A DNA stretch of 63,277 nt, filler included, from Globobulimina sp. (Eukaryota), in assembly GCA_003354225.1 (NCBI GenBank). It is 24 parts of 24 records of this genome, joined end to end, with 100 filler letters (N's around TTAATTAATTAA, not from the genome) between each part and the next. Parts side by side here need not be neighbours in the genome. Positions count along the whole stretch, not along the records: positions 47,549 to 50,087 come from PIVH01006108.1; positions 50,188 to 52,726 come from PIVH01006109.1; positions 52,827 to 55,365 come from PIVH01006110.1; positions 55,466 to 58,003 come from PIVH01006111.1; positions 58,104 to 60,640 come from PIVH01006112.1; positions 60,741 to 63,277 come from PIVH01006113.1; 18 more parts are not named here. One strand, given 5' to 3'. Shown here one piece after another: positions 48,305 through 62,020 of the stretch. The notes under the pieces are model-generated. The model was not told the DNA's origin. It saw only the letters and a list, made by a program, of their open reading frames with translations, and did not search any database. Made by a program: the position numbers and the translations under genes. Numbering within the stretch: the stretch's first letter is position 1; the number at the start of each line of letters is the position of its first letter.

Positions 48305-48731
48305 GAAAAGAAAGGATAAAATATTAAATAATTATAATTATTATACTATAAATTATATATTACGTATACTTTCGTGTTTGTATTTTGTATTTTCAAGATG
48401 TGGCAATTGAAAAAACAGCTTTTTGTTCGTTTGTTTTGTTCCTGGTTTTTGTTCCTTTGTTGTCATATTTTTCGGTGTGAATAGTATTTTTTCGTTGGAC
48501 TACATCGTATTTGTAGCATTGATTCTTGTTACTGTGCATAATGCATATGATGCAAAGATCGTTGTAAAAGAGGATGACATTTTTATGTAGAAAGTTTATC
48601 GTTTTTGGTTTAGCAAAGTCAGACTCGGTTTGAACATGAAAAATTATTTTTGGTTGTTATTAAATAAATATTGGATCATAATTTGAACGTCATCAACTAT
48701 TCAAAGTGTTACATAATTTTATACCTCAAAA

Positions 48732-50087
48732 ATGGGAAAAAGCAAGAAAGATAAAGGTAAAAAAAAGGCAAAAAAAGATGATAATGCCGGCGGTGTTGAT
48801 GGTGATGCAACATTACCAAATATAGAACAAACAGCAGAGGAGAAACAGTTAGCAAAAGAATGCCGAGAATTAAAAAATAAATATTGTATCGAAGAAAGAT
48901 TATTAAATGAATTCCAACAGTTTGTGATTAAAATTGAATCAATGTTAATGATGGAAAAACAAAAATCATTTGAAATAAAGAATGCAATGTATGATAAATT
49001 ACGAGAAAAAGAGGAAATAAACGATTGTCAAGAATACGAATTGCGAAACTATCAAGAAAAAGTGCGACATTTATTGGATGAACAATGGATATTAGTCACA
49101 AATTTACGGATTGAATGTGAAGAAATATTAAAAAATGTAGAAAATATAAATCGTAATTCACAGTATAATTTAGGAATAAATATCCGATCATTGTTAATCA
49201 AACAAAAAGAAAATACATTAAAAAATGGTGAACTATTAAATGAATATAAAATACTAAAAAATAAAAATATAATGAAATTGCGAGAAGAATTTAAAATAAA
49301 AATAAATAATTTATATAATAAATATAATGATTTGTACAACAAAATTAGTAAAAAATATAAATCGGAAAGAAAATCAAAAATTGAATTGATTGAATGCTCA
49401 AAAAATAAAAACATCTCCAATTTAATGAAAAAACATAAACACAGTTTGAATGACATCAAAAATTATTATTCTGACATTATTCATTCAAATTTAGATTTAA
49501 TTAAATCACTAAAATCGGAAATTATTGAAATTCAAAAAAAAGAGAAATTAAAAGAACAACAAATGTTAGAAATTTCAAATATAAATAAATCACTAAGCAA
49601 GCCATTAAAAAAATATTTAAATGACATTGAAAATTTAAAAAATACATTAAAAATATATGAAAAAGAAAAGGAAATTTTAAAAAATATAGTCGAAAATATT
49701 AGTAAATCATCAGACGAATATAATGCGTTGGAATGGAAAGACGAAATATTAAAACAAAAATATGAACAGCAAGAAAATGAATATAATGTATTAAGAAATA
49801 AATATGAAAATGTTTTATTAGCCATCAAAGAGAAAAAATCATTGAAAACATTAATTTTAAATCAATCAATAAATGAAATTAATAAAAAAATAGAAAAGCA
49901 AAATATTAATTTTAATGAAATAGTATCTTCAATAAACAATAAACAATCGTCAATTAATAATAATAATATATCCGTAGAACTGGATAATGTGATTAAAATA
50001 AAAGATGATACAATTAAACATCTTCAAAATAAATCATCAAATCTAAAACATAAATATCAAGAAATGATTCATTATTATCAAAATTTA
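48732..50087 (+). CDS. DRC4: Dynein regulatory complex subunit 4 (GAS8/trypanin), 3' truncated
   Basis: LMKKHKHSLNDIKNYYSDIIHSNLDLIKSLK and NKSLSKPL match the GAS8 signature; long coiled coil. Confidence 0.85.
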
Positions 50088-50187
50088 NNNNNNNNNNNNN
50101 NNNNNNNNNNNNNNNNNNNNNNNNNNNNNNNTTAATTAATTAANNNNNNNNNNNNNNNNNNNNNNNNNNNNNNNNNNNNNNNNNNNN

Positions 50188-52726
50188 CAAGTTTGGAGGT
50201 TATACTGCATGGAATGTTGGATTGATTGCATTATTTCCTGTTTTAATCGTATTTATTATAATGTTATCATGTAAAAATGTCGGCGAATATGGCACAGTAC
50301 ATTTCTATGCCGGAGACACAAAATGTTATGGACTGGAATTCATTGTTGCGCTAATTATACTATCAGTAATTGTATTTTTTTTTGTTTGTACCTGGTTTCT
50401 TTTAAAAGTAATGCGAGAAACGGCGCGGAAACAAAATAAACATTTGCTGAGCGGCATTATACGGCCTTTTAACGCAGATTATTGGTACTGGGAATTTGTG
50501 TTATTAGCACGGAGAATATTGATTATTATATTTATTACACTGCAGTATGTCGATAGAGTTGCAATGCAAACTACGATATTGATTATGTTATTTTTGTTTG
50601 GAGTTATTGAGTTTAAATGCGATCCATTTAAATATAGACGCGCATTGTATATGGATTTGTTATGTATTGCAGGGATTATAATTTGTTTAATCATAATGAT
50701 TGTAAATATAGATAATGATACCTCAATGCTATGCATATCGATTATTATATTTTGCCCACTTTTATTTATAATATGCTTAGTCATAATGTCTATTTGTTCG
50801 TCGTGCCCTGGCCGTCGGATAGTAGGTAATGAGGGTGACACTGACACAGTATCTGTCGAAGGTGAGTCAAGCGATGAAGAAGAGACTCAGACAGTGACCT
50901 GTACAAAATATAGAAATCGAGATGTTACATTGTCAGCTATTCTGGAAAAATCAGAATGTGACGAAAGCAAAACTAAAACTAAAGCATCGCGATTATCCTT
51001 TCTCAAACGGAACAGATCAAAATCAAAAAAGTCTGGATATCATCAACTTGGTAATGCACAAAAGCTGAGTCAATCCAATAAACATAACTTTGATGCGGAT
51101 GATTATGATTTTGATTCGGATTCCGATGAAGATGAATCTTTGACATATTCAAATAGGAAAAGCGTGCAGAAAACTGAAATATTAATGACTGCATTGGATG
51201 GAGACAATATCAATGAGAATGAAGAAGAAAAACAATTTGAAGTTTATGATAATAAACATATGACATTTGTTCGTAAAACTAAGTTAGAGAATGGATTGTC
51301 AGCAATTATGGAGAGCCCAGAAAGAAAACGAATGGAAGTGGATGAGAATGGGAATGAACTCAATGAAGAGATTGATGATAGTTATACAGCACTGACAGTT
51401 GGAACAGCCGATGTCAGCAAAGACTTATATGGCGTGGTGGATATGGGCAAAACAACCAGTGATTACATTGCAAGTGGGGCAAATGCCAAATTACAGGCAA
51501 ATGATCCAAATAACTTTAAAATGGAACATATGGGACAACAGAAACCAATCAGTCAAGTTGCTGCAAGACATAGTTTGGCGGCTAATAAATTATCAAATAA
51601 TAATAATAATGATCATTCTGCAGATGGTAGTTATGATTATACACAAACGACCAACGATGATGATGACTATACAAATGATGCAAGTGATGATGATGAAGAT
51701 GTGACAGAAATAGATATGACATCAGATGTTATCACAAGTAGCAGTCCAATTCATCCGCAACAAATTCGACAACGAATGGAAGTTATATCAAAACATCCAC
51801 TGTCAAATACAATGCAAAATATAATTGATTCTAGCTCTGATTCGGATAATACATATGATTCGGATTCGAAACACAATCATAATAATAAAGATGTACATAT
51901 ATCAAATGATAAGATGGAGATGGAGAGAGAGAGCGAGAGTTATAGGGAGAGGGAGAGAGTATATATAAATCCATTAAATGCCGTAAATCCATTCAATAAC
52001 AATGAAAAGAGAAAATTGATGGCAGTGGGTGATGATTCCGATGATGAATCACAATCACAATCACCTAATATAATAAAATCAACAAGAAAATTATCATATT
52101 CTTCAGAACGTGGCAGTATTACACCATTTCAACCAGCATTTCAAACATCATTTCCAACACCAATTTCAAATTCAAATAATTTTAATACGAGTACAATTAT
52201 AATAGATAAAGATGACATTGATATTGATAATGACAATATGCATGAATCAGATTCAGATAAAGAAAGCAATTTAGATGAGATGTTAAACGATGTTTTATCA
52301 CAAATATCGCCAAATAATAAAAGAAATGTATCGAAATTACATTTATTATCTCGACATACTGACTCTACAGACACCCAACAACAAGAAGAAGAAGAAGAAG
52401 AAAAAAAACAAGAAGAGCAAGACGAAGAAAGTAATTATTATAAAATACAAAAACATCCGTCAAATGAATCAGAATCGACTACAGATCAGGATCAAGATAG
52501 CGATATTCCAAAGTCATCAAAAACAAAAATAAATAATATGGAGAATAATGAATATAAAGAAATGAATAATAAATCACTAAACACAATTGACGAAGAGAGG
52601 AAATTGGACGATATGAATAGAATTAAACATGAAAATGATGCTCTTCTCGCAATCACAATGCCTACGTCCAATACGAGCGCCAATTCCATTTCAACAATGA
52701 GTTTTCGATCTGAATCACCTCGCAAA
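50188..52726 (+). CDS. Multi-pass membrane protein with a long acidic disordered cytosolic tail (partial)
   Basis: YWYWEFVLLARRILII, PFK motif, several TM helices. Confidence 0.7.
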
Positions 52727-52826
52727 NNNNNNNNNNNNNNNNNNNNNNNNNNNNNNNNNNNNNNNNNNNNTTAATTAATTAANNNNNNNNNNNNNNNNNN
52801 NNNNNNNNNNNNNNNNNNNNNNNNNN

Positions 52827-55108
52827 AGAAAAACAAATCAAGCTCCCCGCTCCCATTGCATATCAAATCCAGATCCCATTCCAATTCAAACTTAAAATCA
52901 AAACTCACAAAAACGCGTAAATCAGAATATATAACACCTAAATCACAAACACCTCGCCACAGAAACAAAAACAAAAACAATTCACTACATTTTGCCAAAA
53001 ACAAAGACAACAAAATAGTTTTGCCGCGTTTGGGCATAGTTAAAAAAAGCGGCACTCTCAAAGCAAAAAGAAAGAATCCGAAAAGAGAGGATATCGAACA
53101 GGAAAAGCGAAGAAATCCAAATAAGAAAAAACGTAAAGCAGTAAAAGCAGCGCCGCCTTCTTCTGCTTCTGCAAAGAATAAAATATCGATAGATTTCCAA
53201 CGTAAAAAGAAAAAGAAGGGGAAATTGATGAAACCAAAGGCAATAAATATAAATGATATAAATGCACAAAGGACACACGCACAATCACAAGGAATGCAGT
53301 CTGAATTATGTAAGCGGCCAATGACTGGCCGAGGTGCATCGCATTTAACTGTCGGTGATCACGTATTGTTGACGCAGGATCGAGAAGGCGTTGTATTATA
53401 TATTGGCGCCGTGCACTTTGCAAAAGGCATTTGGTTTGGGTTGGAATTAATTAATGGAAGTATTGGAACACATGATGGCATTATTGGGCACAAACGATAT
53501 TTTACGGTTTGTTTGTATGCAATGTATACATATATGTTGTTTCTCACTTTGCTGTGTCACACATTGCTGACATTTGTTTTGTGGCTTTGTTTGTATACAT
53601 GCACTGTTTCAGGGTTTAATATGTTTGACATGTTTCTTCCTATTCAGAGTGCGCCGAAGCGTGGCTTATTTGTGCAAAGCTCAAAGATACGGCGTAAGAT
53701 CAGACAAAGTGACTTCAACTCGTCGCCACGACTACGACGCCACCATTCACTCGAACTGATGATGAAATTAGCGGCTTCTGGCTCTGGCGGCGATAATAAG
53801 CCGCAAATGAAACAGAAAAAAAGAAGACGAAAAGCAGTCGATCCACGTGGACATAATGCCAGTTTGAATACACAATATGACGGTGAACCGATCGATGATG
53901 ATGATATTTCCTATGCGTTGCCATCGCAGTCAACGCCAGTGCTGCAATTCAGTGATTCGCGGTTAGCGACGGCATCACCGATTCACGTCCAACCTGTGCA
54001 ACGAGCAAGTTCTGGATACAGTTATGGCACAAATCAATCCTCCAATTCATCCACATCCACCACCACCACCGCCACCACATCAACACACCATACTAACCAC
54101 AGCCGACACTCTGCACATTATGGACATCAAAATGAGGATAATGTGCATGGCCAAGCTCAGCCTCATAATGCCATGGCGTTACCAATTTATAATGGTGCCC
54201 GACATAGTTATCGTGGCCATGCGGATAATGATCATGACGCTCACAAACACCATGTATATAGTCATCGCAATACGGGCACTACGCCTGTTCCAGCACAGTT
54301 TGATGAGCTTCAGTTGTCCACCAAATCGGTGCCAGCCACGCACAATATGTCTGGACTCGATATCATTGCATTAAAAAGTTTATTACGCTCCGAAATTGAA
54401 AGCGAATTCCAAACTAAATTCGACGAATTAAAGCAAATTTTAATGGATAAGTCCGAAACTACTGAACATAACAAAAAATCACGCAAATCGAAGAAACGTA
54501 CGCGTAAAAAAAAAAGAAGGAAAAAAAGCAAACGAAAGAAAAAGTTAAAAGAAAAAGAGAAGAAAACATTGGATAAATTAAAAAAAATGGAACGTCGAAG
54601 ACGGACTAAGTCGAAAACCACAGCGGAACAATTAAAAAAATCGGAAGAATTAATCAGTTGCAGTTCGAAAAGTGATAAATCGCATTTATGTGTGGATAAT
54701 AATCATATTCAAACTGAAATGAATGAGAATGATAATGAGAATGAGTCGGATGACTATCAGAAAAATAGTGATTTGAATATAACGACACACTCAGAATATA
54801 CAGAAGAAGATGAGAATGTGAATGAGAATGAGAATGGAGATGAATATGAGGATGAGGAGGATGAGGAAGAGGAGCAAGAAGAGGAAGAGGCGGAAGATGA
54901 GATAGCAGAATTTACGATTTTTACACCTAGAGAACATACGCATGGCCGTAATATATCATTAGTATCTAATTCGAGTGCGGATGGATTTGATGGCTTAACC
55001 CCAACATCTGTGCAAATGACGGATGTGTCGGATTTTGATTTGGATGATATACGATATCATGTTACAAAACAATTGCAGCCACGGAAACATTTTTGGGGCA
55101 CAAAATAA
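52827..55108 (+). CDS. CAP-Gly domain protein (5' truncated; stop-free intron 53507-53647)
   Basis: VGDHV..GVVLYIGAVHFAKGIWFGLEL..GTHDG..RYFT|SAPKRGLFV. Confidence 0.88.
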
Positions 55109-55908
55109 GATAATTCTATCGGATATCTTTTTTTTTCACCCCATATTTTTTTTCATTGTTTTACTATACATTCAATTCCAAGTTTATTTTATTTTATTTT
55201 TACTGAGCGCTTTAGTTTATGGATATTTTTAGTTATTGGAATTTAGATTATTAATTATTTAGTGTGCTGTTTTTGTTTTGAATGTTCAGATTATTATATT
55301 GATGATTATTTGTTTTTGTTTTTGTTTTTGTTTTTGTTTTTGTGACTCTTTATAATTATTTTTGANNNNNNNNNNNNNNNNNNNNNNNNNNNNNNNNNNN
55401 NNNNNNNNNTTAATTAATTAANNNNNNNNNNNNNNNNNNNNNNNNNNNNNNNNNNNNNNNNNNNNTGAATGCAAATATTTTAGCAATTATAAGTGACAAA
55501 GTATTGTGTTGTACGTATATGAAAGATATTATTGATGAATGGTATTGTTTTGATGTGAAATGTATGCAACGGGGAAGTTTTGATTATGTAAATGATATGT
55601 TTTCGAACCATTTCTATGGGGTGTTATCGACTTGCAAAGTGAGTGAGGATGCGCATGAAAGTATTTTTGAAATACAATTTGTTGAAGCTGTCATTTCTTA
55701 TTTCTGTAATTATGAGAGCTGATTCAATTTATTGTTGTTTGTTACATTTATTAAATCTAATTTTCGTTTTTGTAAATCCATTTCCTTAATCCAGTCATGC
55801 AAAATTAAAAACTTTCAGTGAAACTACTAGTCATCGACCATTTCCCCGTTGTTAACATTATTTTATACAATCTGTTTTTGTTAAAATCCCCAAAAGCAAA
55901 CAAAAACA

Positions 55909-58003
55909 ATGAGGATTTTCTTATTGCTTCATTTTGTATTATGTCACAACGTATTACTATTGGCTCAACAACCGCAACCACCACCAAATATTGTGTTTGT
56001 TATGTTTGACGACTTGGGCTGGAATGATGTCAGTTTTATGGGCTCACAATTACCAACGCCGAATATCGATAATTTATACACACAATCCATTAATTTAGAA
56101 CGTCATTACATCCATTTACTTTGCAGCGTCTCCCGATCGCAAGTATTAACTGGACGGTATGCCATGTATTCAGGCTTTGGCAAAATGAGCCCTTTTGGAA
56201 TTGGACATGTTGGTGGTATCCCCATTGGCCTTCCCACACTCCCACAATGGCTAAAAGCATATAACGCAGACTATACAACATATGGTATTTACAATACGTG
56301 GTCAAATTGCAATGTATATTCATGTATTTTTTTTGTTTGTGCAGGTGTTGGAAAGTGGCACCTCGGATATTCTACAGAAGCATTATTGCCATCCTCCAAA
56401 GGATTTGATCACTTTTTTGGTCCTTGGAGTGGCGCAGTAATGTATGACACCGCAGCCATTGTCGCAAATAAATGTGATGGCTGCAACCCAAACCGTACTG
56501 ATTTCCATCAAGATGACAAAGATTACAATATGCAATTTTCAAATACAATGTATGAGTATAAACATAAAATAGCGCAATATATCGATGACGAAGTAGAGAA
56601 AGCAGGCGCTGCTCCTTTTTATTTATACGCACCCATCCAAACTCCACATGGTCCTTTGGATTATTTTAAAAATTACAATGCCGCATGTGACGTATTGATT
56701 GGTGCTATTGGGGAGAATACAAACCATCTCATAAAATATTGTGAAGCTATGTTATTCTCAGACGATATTATCGGTGAAATCGTGGATAAATTGAAGGAAA
56801 CAGATAAATGGGACAACACTTTGTTTATATTAACTTCTGATAACGGCGGAGATATAGAAAATACGGGCTGTAACTATCCACTTCGCGGTACTGTACTCAT
56901 TCGTTTTTATGTCACAGTATAATCATTTTATATATGTATGGCAATGAATACAGGCACAAAAGGTACGTTATTCGAAGGTAATCAGCGTGTCATCGCCTTA
57001 GTTGGTGGCGGTGTAATACCGAAAGAACAATATGGAACAAAACGGGAGTCCTTATTTTCAGGACTTGATTGGCTACCAACTTTATTACAGTTTGCTGGCA
57101 TTTATGATCAAATCAGTGAGGAGGACCAAACTTGGGATGGTATAAACCAATACGACTTAATAATGCATGGTGATGACTACACTGAGCGTATGGATCGGGA
57201 CCATCTCTTATTTAGTATCGGTTTACGCAATTTAGAGTCAGCTACGATAGTTTTTAAGTACGCAGCGGATGATGACAAATTATATAAATACATTGCGCAG
57301 AATAAAGAGATTGAAAAAGCGGGATATATGCGGTATGTATTCAATTATATTGATTAATATCATTCTTTTATGTGATTGTGATTCCAGAACTGATGGATGG
57401 TGCGTACCCAACGCAGACACAGGTGATTGGAATTTGATTTTAAATGATGCGGAAACACTCGATCCAGCCACGCAAGCTTTGGATGATAAATTCTTATTTG
57501 ATTTATATGACGATGTGTCAGAAAATAACAACATTTTAATTAATAATCCCGATGGAAAATATGATGTAGATAATCTTGTGAGTTATGCGCTGTCGTTAAT
57601 TAAGCCATATATGGAACATCCACTGTTTGCTGAACACATTGCTGGTCTTTGGAAGTATGATGTTGATGAAGACAGGACGCGATATGGAGAGCTTTTTATT
57701 CATCCTTGGTTGTCAATGGATGCATATTTAGCTGTTATTAATCATTATATTGACAATGAAGAATTGCATCACGACAATCCTGTGCCGACTGCATTGCGTA
57801 AACTATACAATCAACAATGGGTTGCTCCGCAAAACACAGCGCAGCAAACAACTGAAATAGTGGCGGAGGGTACGGGCAAAATGTTGAATGTCCCCACGTC
57901 GTGTATTGGGTTGAAAGATGGTGAACATATAATAAAATTGATTGATGCTGCTCAATATCCATTAATTGCGACAAAATGCAGTAACGAATATATGATGATT
58001 GAT
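55909..58003 (+). CDS. Arylsulfatase B-like secreted sulfatase (introns 56285-56344, 56888-56953, 57333-57388; 3' truncated)
   Basis: Signal peptide, DDLGWND, CSVSR..LTGRY, GKWHLG, SDNGG, NYPLRG|TKGTLFEG, DWLPTL. Confidence 0.93.
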
Positions 58004-58643
58004 NNNNNNNNNNNNNNNNNNNNNNNNNNNNNNNNNNNNNNNNNNNNTTAATTAATTAANNNNNNNNNNNNNNNNNNNNNNNNNNNNNNNNNNNNNNNNN
58101 NNNGAGGTTCCTCCATGAATTATCAGGTATTCCATCCATTGACTGCTTTTCATCTATCTCCTCTGAAATTGTTCTTTCTGGCAGATATCCCGGCGTTTGT
58201 TTTTGCATATCGATGATGACCGGCGTTTGTTTTTTGATTGTTTGCAGCTGCTTTTCTGTGGCTTCTTTTAGTTTGATTTTATCACTGTCTAAATCAAAAT
58301 CAAAACAGAGAAATTGTCAAACAATCCAAAGATTTTTAGAATTCGTTACAGCAGCTGCTTGTAATTGAAACGCTTACAGTTTGTTTTGTGTTGACACAAT
58401 GATATTAATTTTGGTCCACATTTCTTTTGATGTATTTAACTTTCAGTTAAACCCTTTTGATCTTTCAGTTAACCCGCAAATGGGCCGTAATATTGTCAAC
58501 TAATCTGTCAGAGGTGCGATTATGAACGCCGAAATAATTGCTAAAAAAAGAATTATTTGCCTCCATCAACTACTTCATCCAACTCATCACCTACAACAGA
58601 CCAATTACTTACATTGTTTGCGTTCTAAATTTCTGCACTCATC

Positions 58644-59819
58644 ATGATGCACAAAAAAGTGGTACCCTCATCAACAATGGAAACACACAAACGAGTGATA
58701 TTTCAAAAAGTTGGTTGCTGTATTACTGTGATAAACGTATTCACTTCATTTAGCATATTTATTACATTTTTAGTTGCAGTATATCGAACCGTGACATTTG
58801 ACATCGATACAGATATTCCGAAAGCAATTGACAGACCTTACAAGACGAATCACTACTTATTTGCTGGGAATGATCATCGAAATGAATTTGGCGAATGGTA
58901 TGGTGCAATTCTTGCAATCCATGTGTTTTTTGGTGTAATTGCATGTATACTCATGTTTATTCCATTGCTGACAAGATTAACAAAAAAGTATTTACATTTT
59001 CATTCTGGATTTGGAATCGTCTCTTTAGTATGTACAGCATTTATGTATGTGTTTGGTGCGATGTGTACTGTAAATTTGTCAAGTTCGAGAGGATATCATC
59101 CGTGTGCATTTGAAATAGAAAATGAAACACACAATACATCTTTTACATATCTGAACTTCTTACAGTTCAGTTATTATGCACCATTTTTATCTGAAACGAT
59201 GTGCTATGGAATATTATTAATAATATATGCAAATAATCTGAATAAAATCCCTGACTTTTACAAGAATAATTTAAGGATATTGTCCATAATATCCATTGCA
59301 TTAAATATTGGAAGATTTATTATTTTATTCTTGATCATAACTTTGGAGTTAGATGAAAATGACAGCTGTTATTTAGGATACAGAAAAAACAGTGGTGCAC
59401 CAATTATGTTATTTGTTACGTTATTTGAATTACCAACATCTGTATTATCATATACAAATTATCAGTGTCTTACAAACAATAATGATCAAGAATGGATCTC
59501 GTTTCAACATGGAAAAAATTTATCAATTACATCAGGCATTGTTGTTTGGACATTATTTGCAAATATATGCCATAAAGTGGAATGGATACCGGCTCTAATG
59601 AAAATAGCGTCTTATGTGAGTACTTTGGTAATGTTATATATTTACTGTAAAGCATCACATTCACATATTATAACATTGTATCTTTTGGGAATCGCTTTTA
59701 TTGGTGTATATTTTGAATCCAACTTCATCATTGTTGCGTTTATCATATTGATTGTGTGGAAGTATCAAAACAGAAGCAAAGGTTCAGAATTAGAAACTAA
59801 AAAAAAACAATTAATTTGA
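58644..59819 (+). CDS. Polytopic membrane protein of unknown function
   Basis: 391-aa ORF with many TM helices; HVFFG..LHFHSGFG His motif. Confidence 0.7.
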   Translation: MMHKKVVPSSTMETHKRVIFQKVGCCITVINVFTSFSIFITFLVAVYRTVTFDIDTDIPKAIDRPYKTNHYLFAGNDHRNEFGEWYGAILAIHVFFGVIACILMFIPLLTRLTKKYLHFHSGFGIVSLVCTAFMYVFGAMCTVNLSSSRGYHPCAFEIENETHNTSFTYLNFLQFSYYAPFLSETMCYGILLIIYANNLNKIPDFYKNNLRILSIISIALNIGRFIILFLIITLELDENDSCYLGYRKNSGAPIMLFVTLFELPTSVLSYTNYQCLTNNNDQEWISFQHGKNLSITSGIVVWTLFANICHKVEWIPALMKIASYVSTLVMLYIYCKASHSHIITLYLLGIAFIGVYFESNFIIVAFIILIVWKYQNRSKGSELETKKKQLI

Positions 59820-59925
59820 CATTTTTAAGATTGTTTTTGTATGTTGTTGTGTTTATGATAGTATAATATTTAAAACAAAATTTCATTCCATTTGCAGATT
59901 TGATGCTTTGGCTCCACAAGGATTT

Positions 59926-60083
59926 GGAGTTGTTCGTAAAATAACCCTCAAATCGAGGTAAATCTGCTATTGATCAGTGTACGAATTTTATATATACTTG
60001 GAAGGCAAAGTTTCATCAGTGCCTTGGACTCACAGCCAAAATCAAATTAACCTCGATTTGAGGGTTATTTTACGAATAACTCC
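59926..60083. mobile_element. 158-bp MITE with ~34-bp TIRs and a 4-bp ATTT target-site duplication
   Basis: GGAGTTGTTCGTAAAATAACCCTCAAATCGAGGT versus its reverse complement at 60050-60083 (1 mismatch); ATTT on both sides. Confidence 0.85.
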
Positions 60084-60740
60084 ATTTCGACTCGAGTTTA
60101 AATGTTAGGAATTTTGCAAATATCTCAGTGAAAACCAAGAGTGTTTCCATCATCTCTCATGGCATGAATGGGCACAAAAATGGATAATAAGTATATATCG
60201 TGATTGAGCATGATTAATGCAGCAAATCTACATACACGACATGCCCCCAAACAGGCTCAATCGTTTCCAAATTGAGAAACGAAATATGAATATTTAATTG
60301 CGAATTTGCGAAAATGATTATATCACGTTTATATTCATGGGGGCTGGTTTTGTCACGTTTATATTCATCATATTTTTATATTCATTTTGGATCAGTGTTT
60401 TATCATCAAAACTATAGTCATTTATATTGTTGTTATTAATGGAATCATCATTGTATATAATCGTACTGCATTTTTTATGGTTAAATGTGTAATTCCAGCG
60501 GGCGCTGTGTGCCTCACAGACGGCACTATTTTTGCGGAACATAGTTGCGGAGTTTTTGCTATGTTTTATGGAACAATCATTGCGGAAAAGTCAAAGTGCA
60601 AAGTCGTGATTTTGCGGAACAGTTTTTACAAGTGCGGAAANNNNNNNNNNNNNNNNNNNNNNNNNNNNNNNNNNNNNNNNNNNNTTAATTAATTAANNNN
60701 NNNNNNNNNNNNNNNNNNNNNNNNNNNNNNNNNNNNNNNN

Positions 60741-61793
60741 AGATTCAAATTATTGTTAACAAAACAATGATCCAATCTGATAGGAGGCACTGGGAACAAA
60801 CCGTTTGGAAACGATACAGCGTATCCCCTCCCACATAATGTATGCGCACTTTTCAAATTTGGAATTGAATCGAATTTGTTGAGCCAATAATTATGCTGAG
60901 TATTATTAAAATCCCCAGCAACCAATAATCCATGTTTTGTTGTTGCATTCTCCGTTTTTATAGTTTGATAAATAACACTCATCTGATGATTAAATACATG
61001 CATATATTCATCCAATCGCGGCGGCAATGGATGCAAATTATACACTTGCAGATATTTCTTAGTATCAACTCCTTCGATTTCAATCAATGTCCGCGTGAAT
61101 GGTATATCATCAATCCACCATAGCGACGGTTTTGCAGCGGAGGCAGCAAACGCATATTTGCTATAAATGGCGGTCCCAAAAGAATCGTTTCTAACATGTT
61201 TGATATTATGTTTGTATTTGTTGCCAAAGCCATACGCAATGAAGGCACAGTCCCATCTCTCAGAGTATTCTTGGACCATAATAATATCTGGATCTTCATC
61301 AGCTATTTCCTGACAAATGCCATTGGTGTCGTGATTTACCATCAATAAATTGGCTGTGAATAAGGTGAGATGTGTTGTTGGCTCCGCAATGTTTCTTTTT
61401 GAGGAGCGTTTAAAACAAAATTGTAGATCGGGTAATATCCACAGCAGATGGCAGAAACATATAAAACCAGACCAGATAATTAATGGGAAATGATGTAATA
61501 TGATGGATATTGCAAGTATTATGTAAACAGGTAAGTACAGGTACAGAGTGTACATATTTGCCCATATTAAATACATCTACAATACGTTTACATTTATGGT
61601 TGATGTGGTTTGGTTAGGCTCTTTGGTTATTGACATACACAAAACATACGTGTTTATCATAAGTACAAGGGCATATTCTGGCAAAGCATGGGATTGAGAA
61701 TAACAAAGTCAAAACATATGCTATCATCCATCCAATCCATTGACCCACAGTCCAAGTTGCGTAAGGATCTTGAAAATCACTCATTATTATCAT
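60741..61793 (-). CDS. Membrane-anchored endonuclease/exonuclease/phosphatase (EEP, YafD-like); intron 61577-61649; 3' truncated
   Basis: TANLL, PDIIMVQE, GTAIYSKY, LHPLPP, VAGDFNNT, IRLDHCF. Confidence 0.88.
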
Positions 61794-62020
61794 AAAACTG
61801 TTTTAGTCAAAAACCTAAAAAACTTTTCCTCGCCCCTTCTCGATCGAAATCTCAACAACGACAAGTACTAAATTAACTATTCTATAAAGTTATATTGCAT
61901 ACCATATACACCGCATATTTTCATCCCAGCACCAATTCCAATTATATAGTTTTCATCCTTGCACATATTTATTCTAGCTGTATACATATTCATTTTCTCT
62001 TATTATTATTACAAATAATA

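Noticed and set aside
60525-60640. Repeated TGCGGA motifs at a contig end
   Set aside because: Short, irregularly spaced and truncated; too little to call an array
2544-60740. Regularly spaced TTAATTAATTAA palindromes as a repeat array or CRISPR
   Set aside because: They sit inside N runs and are artificial six-frame-stop linkers; ORF tails such as XXXLIN come from them
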